Positions 29,377 to 40,044 of a DNA stretch of 64,000 nucleotides are shown in pieces. The notes under the pieces are model-generated. The model was given only the letters and a program-made list of their open reading frames with translations. It was not told the DNA's origin and searched no databases. This stretch comes from Spirochaetia bacterium. GTDB taxonomy: Bacteria; Spirochaetota; Spirochaetia; SZUA-6; Bin103. The translations under genes were made by a program, and so were the position numbers. The DNA is taken from NCBI GenBank assembly GCA_965203055.1, contig OZ241863.1, positions 2,304,001 through 2,368,000 on the forward strand, given 5' to 3'. Every line of letters begins with the position of its first letter. Position 1 is the first letter of the stretch.

Positions 29377-30044
29377 AGCTCAGCGTGGTCGTGCCGGCCC
29401 ACAACGAGGAGCGGGTGATCGGGCGCGCGCTCGGCGCCATCCGCCGGCAGGGCGCGGCGGTGCACGAGGTAATCGTGGTGTGCAACGGCTGCCGCGACCG
29501 GACCGCGGCCTGCGCGCGCCGCGCCGGCGCCGAGGTGCTGGTGACGGAACGGCGCGGCGTCAGCCTGGCGCGCAATCTGGGCGCGCGCCGCGCGGCCGGC
29601 GACCTGCTGCTGTTCGTGGATGCCGACGTGCGGTTGGCGCCGGGAGTGGCGGCGGCGATCGGCGGTTGGGCGCGCCGCCGGCGGCGGGTGGTCGGCACCG
29701 TGCGGGTGGTGCCCGACCGCCGCCGCTACCTGCTGCACTACGCCCTGGCGGCGGTGCTGATTCGTGCCCTGCGGCTCTCGTCCAACGGCCTCATCTTCTG
29801 TTCGGCGGCGTTGTTCCGCAGCGCCGGCGGGTTCCCCGAGGGGGTGCAGGTCGGCGAGGACAACCTGTTCATGCGCCGCGCGCGCCGCCTGCCGGGCGCC
29901 CGCTACCGGTTCGTCGGGAATCCGCCCGCAATTTCCGACACGCGCCGCCTGCGGCGCTGGGGCAGTCTCCGCCTGCTGTTCACCTGGCTGCGGTCGGCGC
30001 TGGCGCGGGACAAGAAGGCGGTAGACTACGCCGCGGTACGGTAA
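29373..30044 (+). CDS. GT2 glycosyltransferase
   Basis: SVVVPAHNEE, ARNLGA, LLFVDAD, GED; ATGA coupling to MMPL gene. Confidence 0.92.
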   Translation: MKLSVVVPAHNEERVIGRALGAIRRQGAAVHEVIVVCNGCRDRTAACARRAGAEVLVTERRGVSLARNLGARRAAGDLLLFVDADVRLAPGVAAAIGGWARRRRRVVGTVRVVPDRRRYLLHYALAAVLIRALRLSSNGLIFCSAALFRSAGGFPEGVQVGEDNLFMRRARRLPGARYRFVGNPPAISDTRRLRRWGSLRLLFTWLRSALARDKKAVDYAAVR

Positions 30045-30078
30045 CGAACCCCGGCCGGCGGCGGCCCGCCGCGGCGAG

Positions 30079-30828
30079 GTGCGGCTGGCCGCGCGCGGCC
30101 GGCGCTGGCGCGCCCGCTACCGCGCGCCGCTGTTCCTCAACGTGGTGCCGGTTGCCGGCGGCGCGCTGCTGGCGCTGCCGGTGGATCAGGGCGGCGGCCT
30201 GCGCAATGGCGAACGCCACCTGCAGCAGGTGCTGCTCGATTCCGGCGCCGAGCTGACCTGGGCCCCGCCGGCCAGCACCCTGTGCCTGCCGGGAGCGGGC
30301 GGGGCCGGCGCCCACCAGCAACTGGTGGCGGAGGTGCGCGGCGCCAGCTACCTGCGCCTCGCCGGCCGCCCGCTGATTCCCTTTGCCGGCGCCGCGGTGG
30401 AGCAGACCACCGTGGTGCGGATCGCTGCCGGCAGCGCGTGTCTGCTGGTCGAGAGCGGCTGCCCCGGGCGCACCCGGATGGGTGAGACCTGGGCATTCGC
30501 GCGCCTCGGCTACCACCTGACGGTGCTGCGCGGGCGCACCGTGGTGTACCGCGAACGCTGGCAGCTCCGGCCGCCGGCGGTGCCCCACGCGGCCAGCGGC
30601 TTCGGCGGCCACCTGGGTTGGGCAACCTGCCTGGCCTGCGGAGCACCGGCGGTGGCGGAACTGGAGCGGCTGCGCGGTTGGCTCGCCGCCGGCGGCGCCG
30701 CGGTGAGCCACGGCGCGATTAGCGACGACCTGGCGGTAGCGCGCGTCCTCGATCCGCACGGCGCCCTCGTCACCGGCATCGCCGACCGGGTGACGCGGGC
30801 CGCGGCCGCCGCGGCGGCGGGCGCTTGA
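30079..30828 (+). CDS. ureD: Urease accessory protein UreD (divergent)
   Basis: APL...GGGL..G, P.IPFAGA...Q, PGR..MGE.WAF, V..ER..L.P; fills the ureD gap of the nearby ure operon. Confidence 0.75.
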   Translation: MRLAARGRRWRARYRAPLFLNVVPVAGGALLALPVDQGGGLRNGERHLQQVLLDSGAELTWAPPASTLCLPGAGGAGAHQQLVAEVRGASYLRLAGRPLIPFAGAAVEQTTVVRIAAGSACLLVESGCPGRTRMGETWAFARLGYHLTVLRGRTVVYRERWQLRPPAVPHAASGFGGHLGWATCLACGAPAVAELERLRGWLAAGGAAVSHGAISDDLAVARVLDPHGALVTGIADRVTRAAAAAAAGA

Positions 30829-31583
30829 CGCGCGGCGGCGGGCGCGGCTTAGTTGTTGCCGCGGTGCCATTGCGGGTCACGATTCTTGCCGCACTTCAGG
30901 AGGAAGTGGACGCCTTTCGCGGCGCCCACCAACTGCGGCCGTTCGCCGGCCCGGCGCCGTTCGCCGGCTACCGGTTCCGGTTGGGGGAGTGCGGCGTCAC
31001 CCTGCTGCGGACCGGCGTCGGCAAGGCGTGCGCGGCGATGGCCGCGCAGTACGCCGTCGACCGGGAGCGGCCGGACTATCTGATCGCCGCCGGCATCGCC
31101 GGCAGCATCCGGCCCGGGCTGGCGCTCGGCGACGTGGTGGTGAGCCGCGACTGCGTGCAGCATGACCTGGACGTCACCGCCCTGGGCATTCCGCTGGGGC
31201 AGATCCCCTTTACCGGCTACCGCTTTCTGGCCGCCGACCCGAAGCTGCTGGCGCTGGCGCTGGCCGTGCCGCTGGCCGGCCGGCGCGTGGTGGCGGGCCG
31301 CATCCTCACCGGAGACCAGTTCATCAGCGCCAACGACGCTTCCCGGCAGCGCCGGCTACGCTCCCTGCAGGGTGACGTGGTGGAGATGGAAGGCGCCGCG
31401 ATTGCGCTGGTGGCGGCGGTCAACCGGATCCCCTTCGTGATCATCCGTTCGGTATCCGACCGCGCCGATGCCGCCGCTCCGGCCGACTTCAGCGCCGGCC
31501 TGCGCCGGGCGGCGGCCAACTCGCGCGCGGTCTGCGCCGGCCTCCTCGCCGGCCTGAACGACCACCCCCCGGCCGGCAACTGA
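30825..31583 (+). CDS. mtnN: 5'-methylthioadenosine/S-adenosylhomocysteine nucleosidase
   Basis: A.QEE, GVGK..AA, G.AG, QHD.D, TGDQFI, VEMEGAAIA, IRSVSD.AD. Confidence 0.92.
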   Translation: MTRGGGRGLVVAAVPLRVTILAALQEEVDAFRGAHQLRPFAGPAPFAGYRFRLGECGVTLLRTGVGKACAAMAAQYAVDRERPDYLIAAGIAGSIRPGLALGDVVVSRDCVQHDLDVTALGIPLGQIPFTGYRFLAADPKLLALALAVPLAGRRVVAGRILTGDQFISANDASRQRRLRSLQGDVVEMEGAAIALVAAVNRIPFVIIRSVSDRADAAAPADFSAGLRRAAANSRAVCAGLLAGLNDHPPAGN

Positions 31584-31662
31584 CGCCCCGGTACATGGTC
31601 CGATTCTCCCCGGCGGCCGTTACGGGGTATATTCGAGCAGCGCAGGTGCCGGCGCCGCACCT

Positions 31663-31748
31663 GCCGGAGTGGTGGAATTGGTAGACACTGGGGACTTAAA
31701 ATCCCTTGGTCCTGACCGACCGTGCCGGTTCGAGTCCGGCCTCCGGCA
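31663..31748 (+). tRNA. tRNA-Leu (anticodon UAA), CCA not encoded
   Basis: GCCGGAG acceptor pairs CTCCGGC; D-arm TGGTGGAATTGGTAGACAC; anticodon loop CT-TAA-AA; long variable arm; GGTTCGAGTCC. Confidence 0.96.
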
Positions 31749-32100
31749 ACGCGCCCGCCGCGGCCCGGAGCTGGCCGTCGACCGCGGCGCGAAAGCCGGC
31801 GTCGGCGGCGAGCAGCTCCAGGCCGAAGCCGCTGGCGGTCAACCCTCGGCCGCCGCCGAACGACCGCTGCGAGCACACCACCCGCGCCGCGGCCGCGGCG
31901 AAGGGGCCGCCGTCCGCAGCTACCACCACCTCCACTTCCTCGTCCAGATCGAGCAGGCCCAGGTCGTCGCTGGCGAGGAACGCGCGGCGCGCGGAAAGTT
32001 CGCGCGCGCGGAACTCCAGCAGCACGCTGCCGCCATCCACCATCGGCTTGCGCACGTAGACGGTAATCGGCGCCGGCCGGGGCAGTTCCCTACTTCGCAC
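31696..32100 (-). CDS. Hypothetical protein, PilZ-like fold
   Basis: RxxxR (RELPR), ARELS...AFL, ARVV, GFGLE pattern; 3' end runs antisense into tRNA. Confidence 0.5.
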   Translation of the reverse strand: MRSRELPRPAPITVYVRKPMVDGGSVLLEFRARELSARRAFLASDDLGLLDLDEEVEVVVAADGGPFAAAAARVVCSQRSFGGGRGLTASGFGLELLAADAGFRAAVDGQLRAAAGALPEAGLEPARSVRTKGF

Positions 32101-32371
32101 GGCGCCAGAAGCGAAACTTCTCCACGTAACCGCAGTCGTCCGGCAGGTAGCGGGAGAACAACGCGTGCAGCAGCGTTACCTGGCGGCACTCGGCGCACTC
32201 CTCGAACCGGGACGTGTACACGGTGCAGAGGTTGCTCTCGGTGTCCAGGAACCGGCACGGCTGGTCCTTCTTGACCACCAACTCACCCGCCTCCCGCTCG
32301 CGCCGGTAGCAGCAGGCGCCGCACTGAGTACAAATATCGTCCCACCAGTCGCGCAACGCGCCGTTCGCCAT
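32090..32371 (-). CDS. YcgN/YkgJ-family cysteine-cluster protein
   Basis: C.QCG.CC, CRFLD....CTVY..RF....EC, LP.DCGYV; TATAGT 7 nt before ATG. Confidence 0.88.
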   Translation of the reverse strand: MANGALRDWWDDICTQCGACCYRREREAGELVVKKDQPCRFLDTESNLCTVYTSRFEECAECRQVTLLHALFSRYLPDDCGYVEKFRFWRRAK

Positions 32372-32427
32372 CGGCGCCACTATAGCCCGATACCCTGCCC
32401 TCGTTCCACACTGCGCGCGGAGAGAAG

Positions 32428-34101
32428 ATGGCGGTGAATCTGACGGCTGGCGGAGTTCACGCCGGGCGGCGCGGCGCGGTGCGCGCCGGCGGCCTGCCGA
32501 TGGCGGTCTGCTCGGCGCTGCTCCTCGCGCTGGCGCTGCCGAACGACCTGTTTCCGCTGGGCAGCCCGCTGTTCGGGGCGGCGTGTCTGGCCCCCCTGCT
32601 GGTAGCGCTGTACCGCAGCCGCAGCTATCGCCACGCCGCATGGCTGGGCGCGGTCTTCGGCGTGTGCGCCAGCGTCCTGAGCAACTTCTGGCTGCTGTTC
32701 TTCCAGAGCTTCTCGGCGTGGACGCTGGGCGGGGTCACCCTCGCCTACCTGGGATACCACGCCGTGCTGGCCGCGGTCCTGCGCTTCGCCGCCGGGGTGC
32801 CGCGCGCCTACCGGCCGTTCGCCGTGGCCGCGGTGTGGGCGTTGTACGAGTACCTCAAGTCGTCCGGCTACCTGGGCTATCCATGGGGTCTGATAGCGTA
32901 TCCGGCGCACGCCGTCACCCCGCTCATCCAGTTCGTGGAGATCACCGGCGTGTGGGGGCTGTCGCTGCTGATGGCAACGGTGAACGGAGTGGCCGCCGAG
33001 TGGCTCGACCTGGCCTGGCAGCGGCGCCGGGGAGTGCCGGCGCGGCTGTGGCGCGTCAGCGCCGGCGCGGCGCTGCTGGTGGCCGCCGCCCTCGGCTACG
33101 GCGCCGCGGCCTTGCAGCGGGAGATTCCCGACGCCGGGAGCGCCGACCTGGTGCTGGTGCAACACAACGCCAACCCGTGGCAGAGCGGCGACGACGCCGG
33201 CACGCTGCGCATCCTCGAAGCGCTTACCGCCGAAGGCATCGCCGCCGATCCTGCTTTGCCGGACCTGGTGGTGTGGAGCGAGACCGCGGTGCGCTACCCG
33301 GTGGCCGCGCCGCCCTCGGGCGGCGCGGCGGCGCAGGCGCCGCCGCCCCTGCGCCGATTCCCCGTGCCGCTGCTTACCGGGGTGCCCTGGTTAGTCAGCG
33401 AGGCGCCCGGCGCGGCCATGAACGCCGCGATGCTGGTGGCGCCGGGGGGCGAGGTGGCCGCCCATTACGGCAAGCAGCACCTGGTTCCGTTTGCCGAGAG
33501 CGTCCCGTTCTGGGAGCTGGCGGCCGTGCGCCGCTTCTTCAGCGAGGTGATCGGCCTGCAGGCCACCTGGGTGCCGGGCGCCGAGGCCACCATCTTCTCG
33601 GTGCCCCTGCGCCGCGGCGGCCGGGCGCGCTTCGCGACGCCGATCTGCTTCGAGGACGCGTTCCCCGACCTGAATCGGCGCTTCATCCGCGCCGGCGCGG
33701 ATCTGCTCATCAACCTCACCAACGACGCCTGGTCGCAGACCGTGTCCGCCGAGACCCAGCACTTCGTCGCCGCCAAGCTGCGCGCCGTCGAGAACCGGCG
33801 CGTGCTGGTGCGCGCCACCAACGGCGGCGTGACCGCGGCCATCGATCCCTGGGGCAGGATCATCGGCAACGCCGCGCCGCTGTTCACGGAAACCTGGGTC
33901 CGCCTGCAGGTCCCCGTGTATCGGCCGCCGGCCGACACGCCCTACACCCGCTTCGGCGACTGGCTGCCGCCGCTCCTTGGCCTGGTCCTGGGCGTGCCGT
34001 TCGCGGTCACGCGGTGGCGGAGCCGGCAGCGAAGCGGATGGCGTAGCGGTCGGCGCGGCGGTCCAGCCGGCAGCGGGCGCCGAACACCGCCTGCAGCGTA
34101 A
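32428..34101 (+). CDS. lnt: Apolipoprotein N-acyltransferase
   Basis: GYLGYPWG, WSET, YGKQHLVPFAE, PICFED, NLTNDAW, RAVENRR...RATNGG. Confidence 0.93.
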   Translation: MAVNLTAGGVHAGRRGAVRAGGLPMAVCSALLLALALPNDLFPLGSPLFGAACLAPLLVALYRSRSYRHAAWLGAVFGVCASVLSNFWLLFFQSFSAWTLGGVTLAYLGYHAVLAAVLRFAAGVPRAYRPFAVAAVWALYEYLKSSGYLGYPWGLIAYPAHAVTPLIQFVEITGVWGLSLLMATVNGVAAEWLDLAWQRRRGVPARLWRVSAGAALLVAAALGYGAAALQREIPDAGSADLVLVQHNANPWQSGDDAGTLRILEALTAEGIAADPALPDLVVWSETAVRYPVAAPPSGGAAAQAPPPLRRFPVPLLTGVPWLVSEAPGAAMNAAMLVAPGGEVAAHYGKQHLVPFAESVPFWELAAVRRFFSEVIGLQATWVPGAEATIFSVPLRRGGRARFATPICFEDAFPDLNRRFIRAGADLLINLTNDAWSQTVSAETQHFVAAKLRAVENRRVLVRATNGGVTAAIDPWGRIIGNAAPLFTETWVRLQVPVYRPPADTPYTRFGDWLPPLLGLVLGVPFAVTRWRSRQRSGWRSGRRGGPAGSGRRTPPAA

Positions 34102-34823
34102 CCTCGGTCAGCGCCTCGGGCGGCGCCCCGCACGCCGCCGTCCGCCCGCGGTCCAACACCAGCACGCCGTCGTAGCGGGCGGTGATCTCGGCTATGTCGT
34201 GGGTAACGTACACCACCGTGAGCTCCCGGCGCTGCCGGAACAGGGCCGCCAGATCTTCCAGAAACCGCTCCCGCGCCGCCGGGTCGAGGCCGATGGCCGG
34301 CTCGTCGAGCAGCAGCAGTTCCACCTCCGGCGCCAGCGCCCGCGCAATCAGCACGCGCTGCCGTTCGCCGGTGGAGAGGGTGGCGAAACGGCGCTCGGCC
34401 AGGTGGGCCGCGGCCAGCAGCGCCAGTTGCCGGCGCGCCTGCGCCAGCGCCGCGGCGGGCACCTCGCCGTAGAGCACCAGACCGCCGCGCGCGCGCGACA
34501 TGACTACCTCGGCGGCGCTCATGAAGGGCGGGATCTGGTAGCGCACGTCGCTGTGCACCCAACCGATTCGCGCCCGCAGGCGGCGCAGGTCGGTACGCCC
34601 GAAGCGCTCGCCCAATACCTGCAGGGTTCCTTCGGACGGATAGGCGTAGGCGGCGAACAGCCGCACCAGCGAGGTCTTGCCGCTGCCGTTGGGCCCCAGC
34701 ACCGCCCAGCGCTCGCCGCGGCGGAGCGCAAGGCTGATGTCGTCGAGGATGCGCGCGCCGTCGACCACCAGGCCGATGCCGCGGGCGACTACGGCCTGCG
34801 GCGCCGGCGGCGGTCCCGGAGCG

Positions 34824-34834
<11 letters not shown>
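34007..34834 (-). CDS. ABC ATP-binding protein (ModF/YlmA-like)
   Basis: [32 protein letters not shown]. Confidence 0.88.
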
Positions 34835-36515
<1,681 letters not shown>

Positions 36516-36712
36516 GGCGAGGACTCCAGGGGGCCAGAATGCATGCCGCGCGAAACCAGGCGGAACCTGGGCCGGCGACAGGTCATTTGTCTAACGAAAG
36601 GATGTGTGCGTGACAGGTCTCGCCGGACACTTCCGGTGGGCAACGACTGCCGTCGTTTCCTACTCTTGTCCGGCAAGCCGCGATCCGGGCGCGTGCGCCC
36701 GCCGTTGAGTTA

Positions 36713-36742
36713 ACTGTACGCCCATTGCCGCACCGGCGTCAA
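36713..36742 (-). promoter_or_regulatory. Putative rho promoter (TTGACG-18-TACAGT), implying ~190-nt leader
   Basis: Near-consensus hexamers in the regulator-rho intergenic region. Confidence 0.6.
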
Positions 36743-36786
36743 CCGGCGCCGCGGCAGCACCGCACGGCACCGCCGCCACCCGGCGG

Positions 36787-37533
36787 TCAGATGCCATCGG
36801 CGGGGTCGTTTCCGCTCCCGCTGAGGCGATCGTGAACCAGCGTCTGCAACTCCTCCAGGCTCAGGTCGCCCTCCTTCAGACGGTCGCCCCGGTCGCGCAC
36901 TTCGGTGATCTGCTCCTCCAGCTCGCTCAACGTCGCCAGCACCGCCTGCGACTGCTCCGCCACGGTGGCCGCGAACGCCCGTAGCGCGTCGGCATCGCCC
37001 TCCTGCAGCAGCCGCGCGCCGCGCCGCGCCTGCTCCTCCAACGGCTGCCGGACGTGCCGCGAAAAGAAGATCAGCGACTCGTTGAGCGCCTCGATGATCC
37101 CCAGCCGGTGCTCGCGGCGGGCAAGCTGCCGGGCCAGCTCATGGCGATGCAGCACGGCCCGGATCCGGGCCAGCACCTCGGAGAAATTGAACGGCTTGGA
37201 GATGTAGTCGTCCACCCCCAACTCCAGTCCTGCGATGCGATCGGCTATCTCGTCTTGCTCCGACAACATGATGATCGGCAGGCCGCGGTAGGCCGCATAC
37301 TCCGGCGCGGTCTTGATCCTCCGGGTAACCTCCAAGCCGGACAATCCCGGCAGCAGGTCGTCGAGCACGATCAGGTCGGGATTCACCTCCGCCAACCGCT
37401 CCAGGGCCTGCTCGCCGTGCGCGGCCGGTGCGACCTCGAAGCCAAGCCGCGACAGCATCACCTCGAACATCTCGAGGAAGACCGGTTCGTCATCGACGAC
37501 GAGTATCCTGGCGTGTGTGGAGCGGTCCGACAT
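36787..37533 (-). CDS. Response regulator (REC + coiled-coil, no obvious DNA-binding domain)
   Basis: ILVVDDE, PDLIVLD, PIIMLS, GVDDYISKPF. Confidence 0.9.
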   Translation of the reverse strand: MSDRSTHARILVVDDEPVFLEMFEVMLSRLGFEVAPAAHGEQALERLAEVNPDLIVLDDLLPGLSGLEVTRRIKTAPEYAAYRGLPIIMLSEQDEIADRIAGLELGVDDYISKPFNFSEVLARIRAVLHRHELARQLARREHRLGIIEALNESLIFFSRHVRQPLEEQARRGARLLQEGDADALRAFAATVAEQSQAVLATLSELEEQITEVRDRGDRLKEGDLSLEELQTLVHDRLSGSGNDPADGI

Positions 37534-37628
37534 TGGTCCAGAGCGGGACGGGGTTCAATCTTCCCGCAGCCGGATGCCTGTGTCAACGGCCCGGGCGCCG
37601 GCGGAGCCGGCGGCGCGAAGCGGGCGCC

Positions 37629-39281
37629 CTAGCGGGCCGGCCGCCGTCCCGGCGCGGCGCGCCGCAGACTCCCGGCGGCGAGCAGCGCCAGCCCCGCGGC
37701 CAACACGGCGATGCCGAACCAGTCTCCCCAGCGCGTGTAGAGGGTATGCGGGCCATCCACCACCGGCACGCTGCCGATCAGGTAGTCGGCGGTGAACGGC
37801 TCCAGCAACTGCAGGAGGCGGCCGTCCGGGTCGACGGTCGCCGTCATCCCGCCGTTGGTGGAACGCACCACCGAGCGCCGGTTCTCCACCGCCCGGAACA
37901 TGCCGATCATCATGTGCTGCATCTCCGCAGGCACCGAAGCCGACCACGAGTCGTTGCTCATGTTCACCAGCACCTGCGCGCCGTGCCGCACGAACTCCCG
38001 CCCCAGGTAGCCGAAGGTGTCCTCGAAGCAGATCGGGGTGGAAAACCGCACTCCCGGGCGGCCGCCGGCAGCGCCCGAATCGAACACCACGTACTCGGTG
38101 CCCTGCTTCCAGAAGTGGGTATCGGCCTCCTTCAGCCAGCGGTAGATGCCGGGCAACTGGCGCTTGAAGGGAAAGCTCTCGGTGAAGGGCACCAGGTGGA
38201 TCTTGCGGTAGGTATCCACGATCTCGCCGGCGCCGAACAGCAGCGCGGCGTTGTAGTCCACGCGCACCTCGCCGTCCGCGGTACGCTCCAGTTGCCCGTC
38301 GTCGTTGCCGACCACGAACGGCACGCTCTGCCGGTCCAGATAGGCGCGCAGCCGCTGCACCAGGGCAAACCGGCGGGAGTCGGTCCGGTGCCGCGTATGC
38401 CAGTCGATGCCGGGCACGAACGAGGTCTCCGACCAGATCACGATGTCGGGAGCTTCGCGCAGCGCCGCATCGCTGAGCCGCAGCAGCGTGTCCAGTGAGC
38501 GCTCGTAGGCGTAGAAACCGCCGCGCCAGGGATCGATGTTCTGCTGAATCAAGGCGACGCGCCACTGGCCGGCGGTCTGATAATCGCCGCGCGCGGCGGC
38601 GCCGTATCCCACGTTGGCGGCCAGCAACGCCGCCCAGCAGAGCAGCGGGAGGCGGTGGCGGCCCCAGAAGCGCGCCAGCAGCGGCCGCCGCCATGGGGCC
38701 AGCCGCGCCGCCAGCGCGTCCAGCGCCAACCGCGCCAACAGCGCCGAGGCGGCGACCACCAGCAGCGACACGCCCCACACTCCGGTGACCCCGGCGATCT
38801 GGATGAAGTCGGTCCACAGATACTGGGTATAGCCGATGATGCCGTAGCTGTAGCCAAGAAAGCCGAGACTCTTGACGTATTCGTAGCCTACCCAGATCAG
38901 CACCTGCACCAGGTAGCCGTAGCGGGGAAAGAGGTGGTCGGCCAACTTCAGGAGCAGGAACAGGAGCAGCAGGTAGCCCATGTACACTACCGGCACGATG
39001 ATGATGGCCAACGGGTGGAAGGTGGCCAGCCAGTAATTGTAGAGCGCGTAGCTGGCGTACCCGTACAGCACGCCGTAGAGCACCACCCGCAGCCACCCGG
39101 CGCGGCGCAGCACCAGGAACACCGGCGCCAACGCCACGAACGCCACCGGGCCCAGGCCCCAACGGGTGAGCAGACTGGGATGCGCCAGCGCGAACAGGAC
39201 TGCGGACAGCAGCAGCAGCCCGACCTCGCCGGCGGTGGTACGAAAGAACGCGCCCGCGGGGCGCCGGTGCTCCGCAGTCAG
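37629..39281 (-). CDS. lnt: Apolipoprotein N-acyltransferase, second paralog (start uncertain, probably non-canonical)
   Basis: WSET, YRKIHLVPFTE, PICFED, RAVENRR; frame open and Lnt-like upstream of GTG 39146. Confidence 0.92.
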   Translation of the reverse strand: MTAEHRRPAGAFFRTTAGEVGLLLLSAVLFALAHPSLLTRWGLGPVAFVALAPVFLVLRRAGWLRVVLYGVLYGYASYALYNYWLATFHPLAIIIVPVVYMGYLLLLFLLLKLADHLFPRYGYLVQVLIWVGYEYVKSLGFLGYSYGIIGYTQYLWTDFIQIAGVTGVWGVSLLVVAASALLARLALDALAARLAPWRRPLLARFWGRHRLPLLCWAALLAANVGYGAAARGDYQTAGQWRVALIQQNIDPWRGGFYAYERSLDTLLRLSDAALREAPDIVIWSETSFVPGIDWHTRHRTDSRRFALVQRLRAYLDRQSVPFVVGNDDGQLERTADGEVRVDYNAALLFGAGEIVDTYRKIHLVPFTESFPFKRQLPGIYRWLKEADTHFWKQGTEYVVFDSGAAGGRPGVRFSTPICFEDTFGYLGREFVRHGAQVLVNMSNDSWSASVPAEMQHMMIGMFRAVENRRSVVRSTNGGMTATVDPDGRLLQLLEPFTADYLIGSVPVVDGPHTLYTRWGDWFGIAVLAAGLALLAAGSLRRAAPGRRPAR

Positions 39282-39330
39282 GGCAGCGTTGGCGCGGAGA
39301 TCTAGGCCGGAACGGCGGCCGCGCGGCGGA

Positions 39331-39633
39331 TCAATGGCGCAACTGCCACGCGCGCCGCTTCAACTCCCTGCCCGGACGGAAGGTGACCACCCCATGGTCT
39401 TCCACTTGCACCGCTTCTCCGGTCTTGGGATTGCGCGCCTTGCGGCCTTTGCGGGTGCGTACCTCGAAGGTCCCGAAGCCGCGCAACTCGATGGTGTGCT
39501 CGTCGAGCAGACCCTCCTTGACCGCATCGAAGAACAGGCCGAGGACTCGATGGATGCTCTTCTTGCCGACGTCGACCCCGGGATGGATGATTTCGATGAT
39601 TTCGGCCTTGGTCAGCTTGCGCACCTCAGCCAC
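39331..39633 (-). CDS. HU/IHF-family DNA-binding protein (Hbb-like)
   Basis: LTKAEI, IELRGFGTFEVR.RK.R.ARNPKTGE, FRPGRELK. Confidence 0.95.
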   Translation of the reverse strand: MAEVRKLTKAEIIEIIHPGVDVGKKSIHRVLGLFFDAVKEGLLDEHTIELRGFGTFEVRTRKGRKARNPKTGEAVQVEDHGVVTFRPGRELKRRAWQLRH

Positions 39634-39654
39634 CGTCGCTCTCCAACGGCCCGT

Positions 39655-39909
39655 CTACACCTTCGACCGGCCGGCGGCCAGCCGGCGCTTGCGGCGCGCC
39701 GCGGTATTGCGCGTCAGCACGCCCTTCGCGACGGCGCGGTCCAACTGGCTGGTGACCGCCGCGAACTGCTCGTCGGTGGCGCTGCCGGCCGCCATGGCCT
39801 CGCGCAACTTGCGCATGGTGGTTCGCACCCGACTCATCACCGCGCGATTGCGCAGGCGTCGCTTCTCGTTCTGTCGCTGCCGCTTGGCAGCCGAACGCTT
39901 GCTCGGCAA
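39655..39909 (-). CDS. rpsT: 30S ribosomal protein S20
   Basis: SAAKR.RQNEKRRLRN, LDRAV.KGV...NTAARRK.RL. Confidence 0.96.
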   Translation of the reverse strand: MPSKRSAAKRQRQNEKRRLRNRAVMSRVRTTMRKLREAMAAGSATDEQFAAVTSQLDRAVAKGVLTRNTAARRKRRLAAGRSKV

Positions 39910-39987
39910 AGTTACCTCCTTCGTGGACCGGGCGCCGGATTCACCGCCCCGCGGCGGGGTCCGCGGTCCGCTGCCAACCCGGCCCTT

Positions 39988-40017
39988 ACGTTAAGCAACC
40001 AGCGGCGCCGGCGTCAA
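39988..40017 (-). promoter_or_regulatory. Putative rpsT promoter (TTGACG-18-TAACGT)
   Basis: Hexamers in tyrS-rpsT intergenic region. Confidence 0.55.
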
Positions 40018-40044
40018 CCGTCCGGCCGGCGCGGCGCCGGCCGG

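Noticed and set aside
31669..32274. 201-aa ORF starting MVELVDTGDLKS
   Set aside because: Translation of the tRNA-Leu sequence, a known artefact
34007..34101. 95-nt convergent overlap of lnt and the ABC ATPase gene
   Set aside because: Low-complexity tail typical of stop-codon drift in high-GC genomes; no evidence of function
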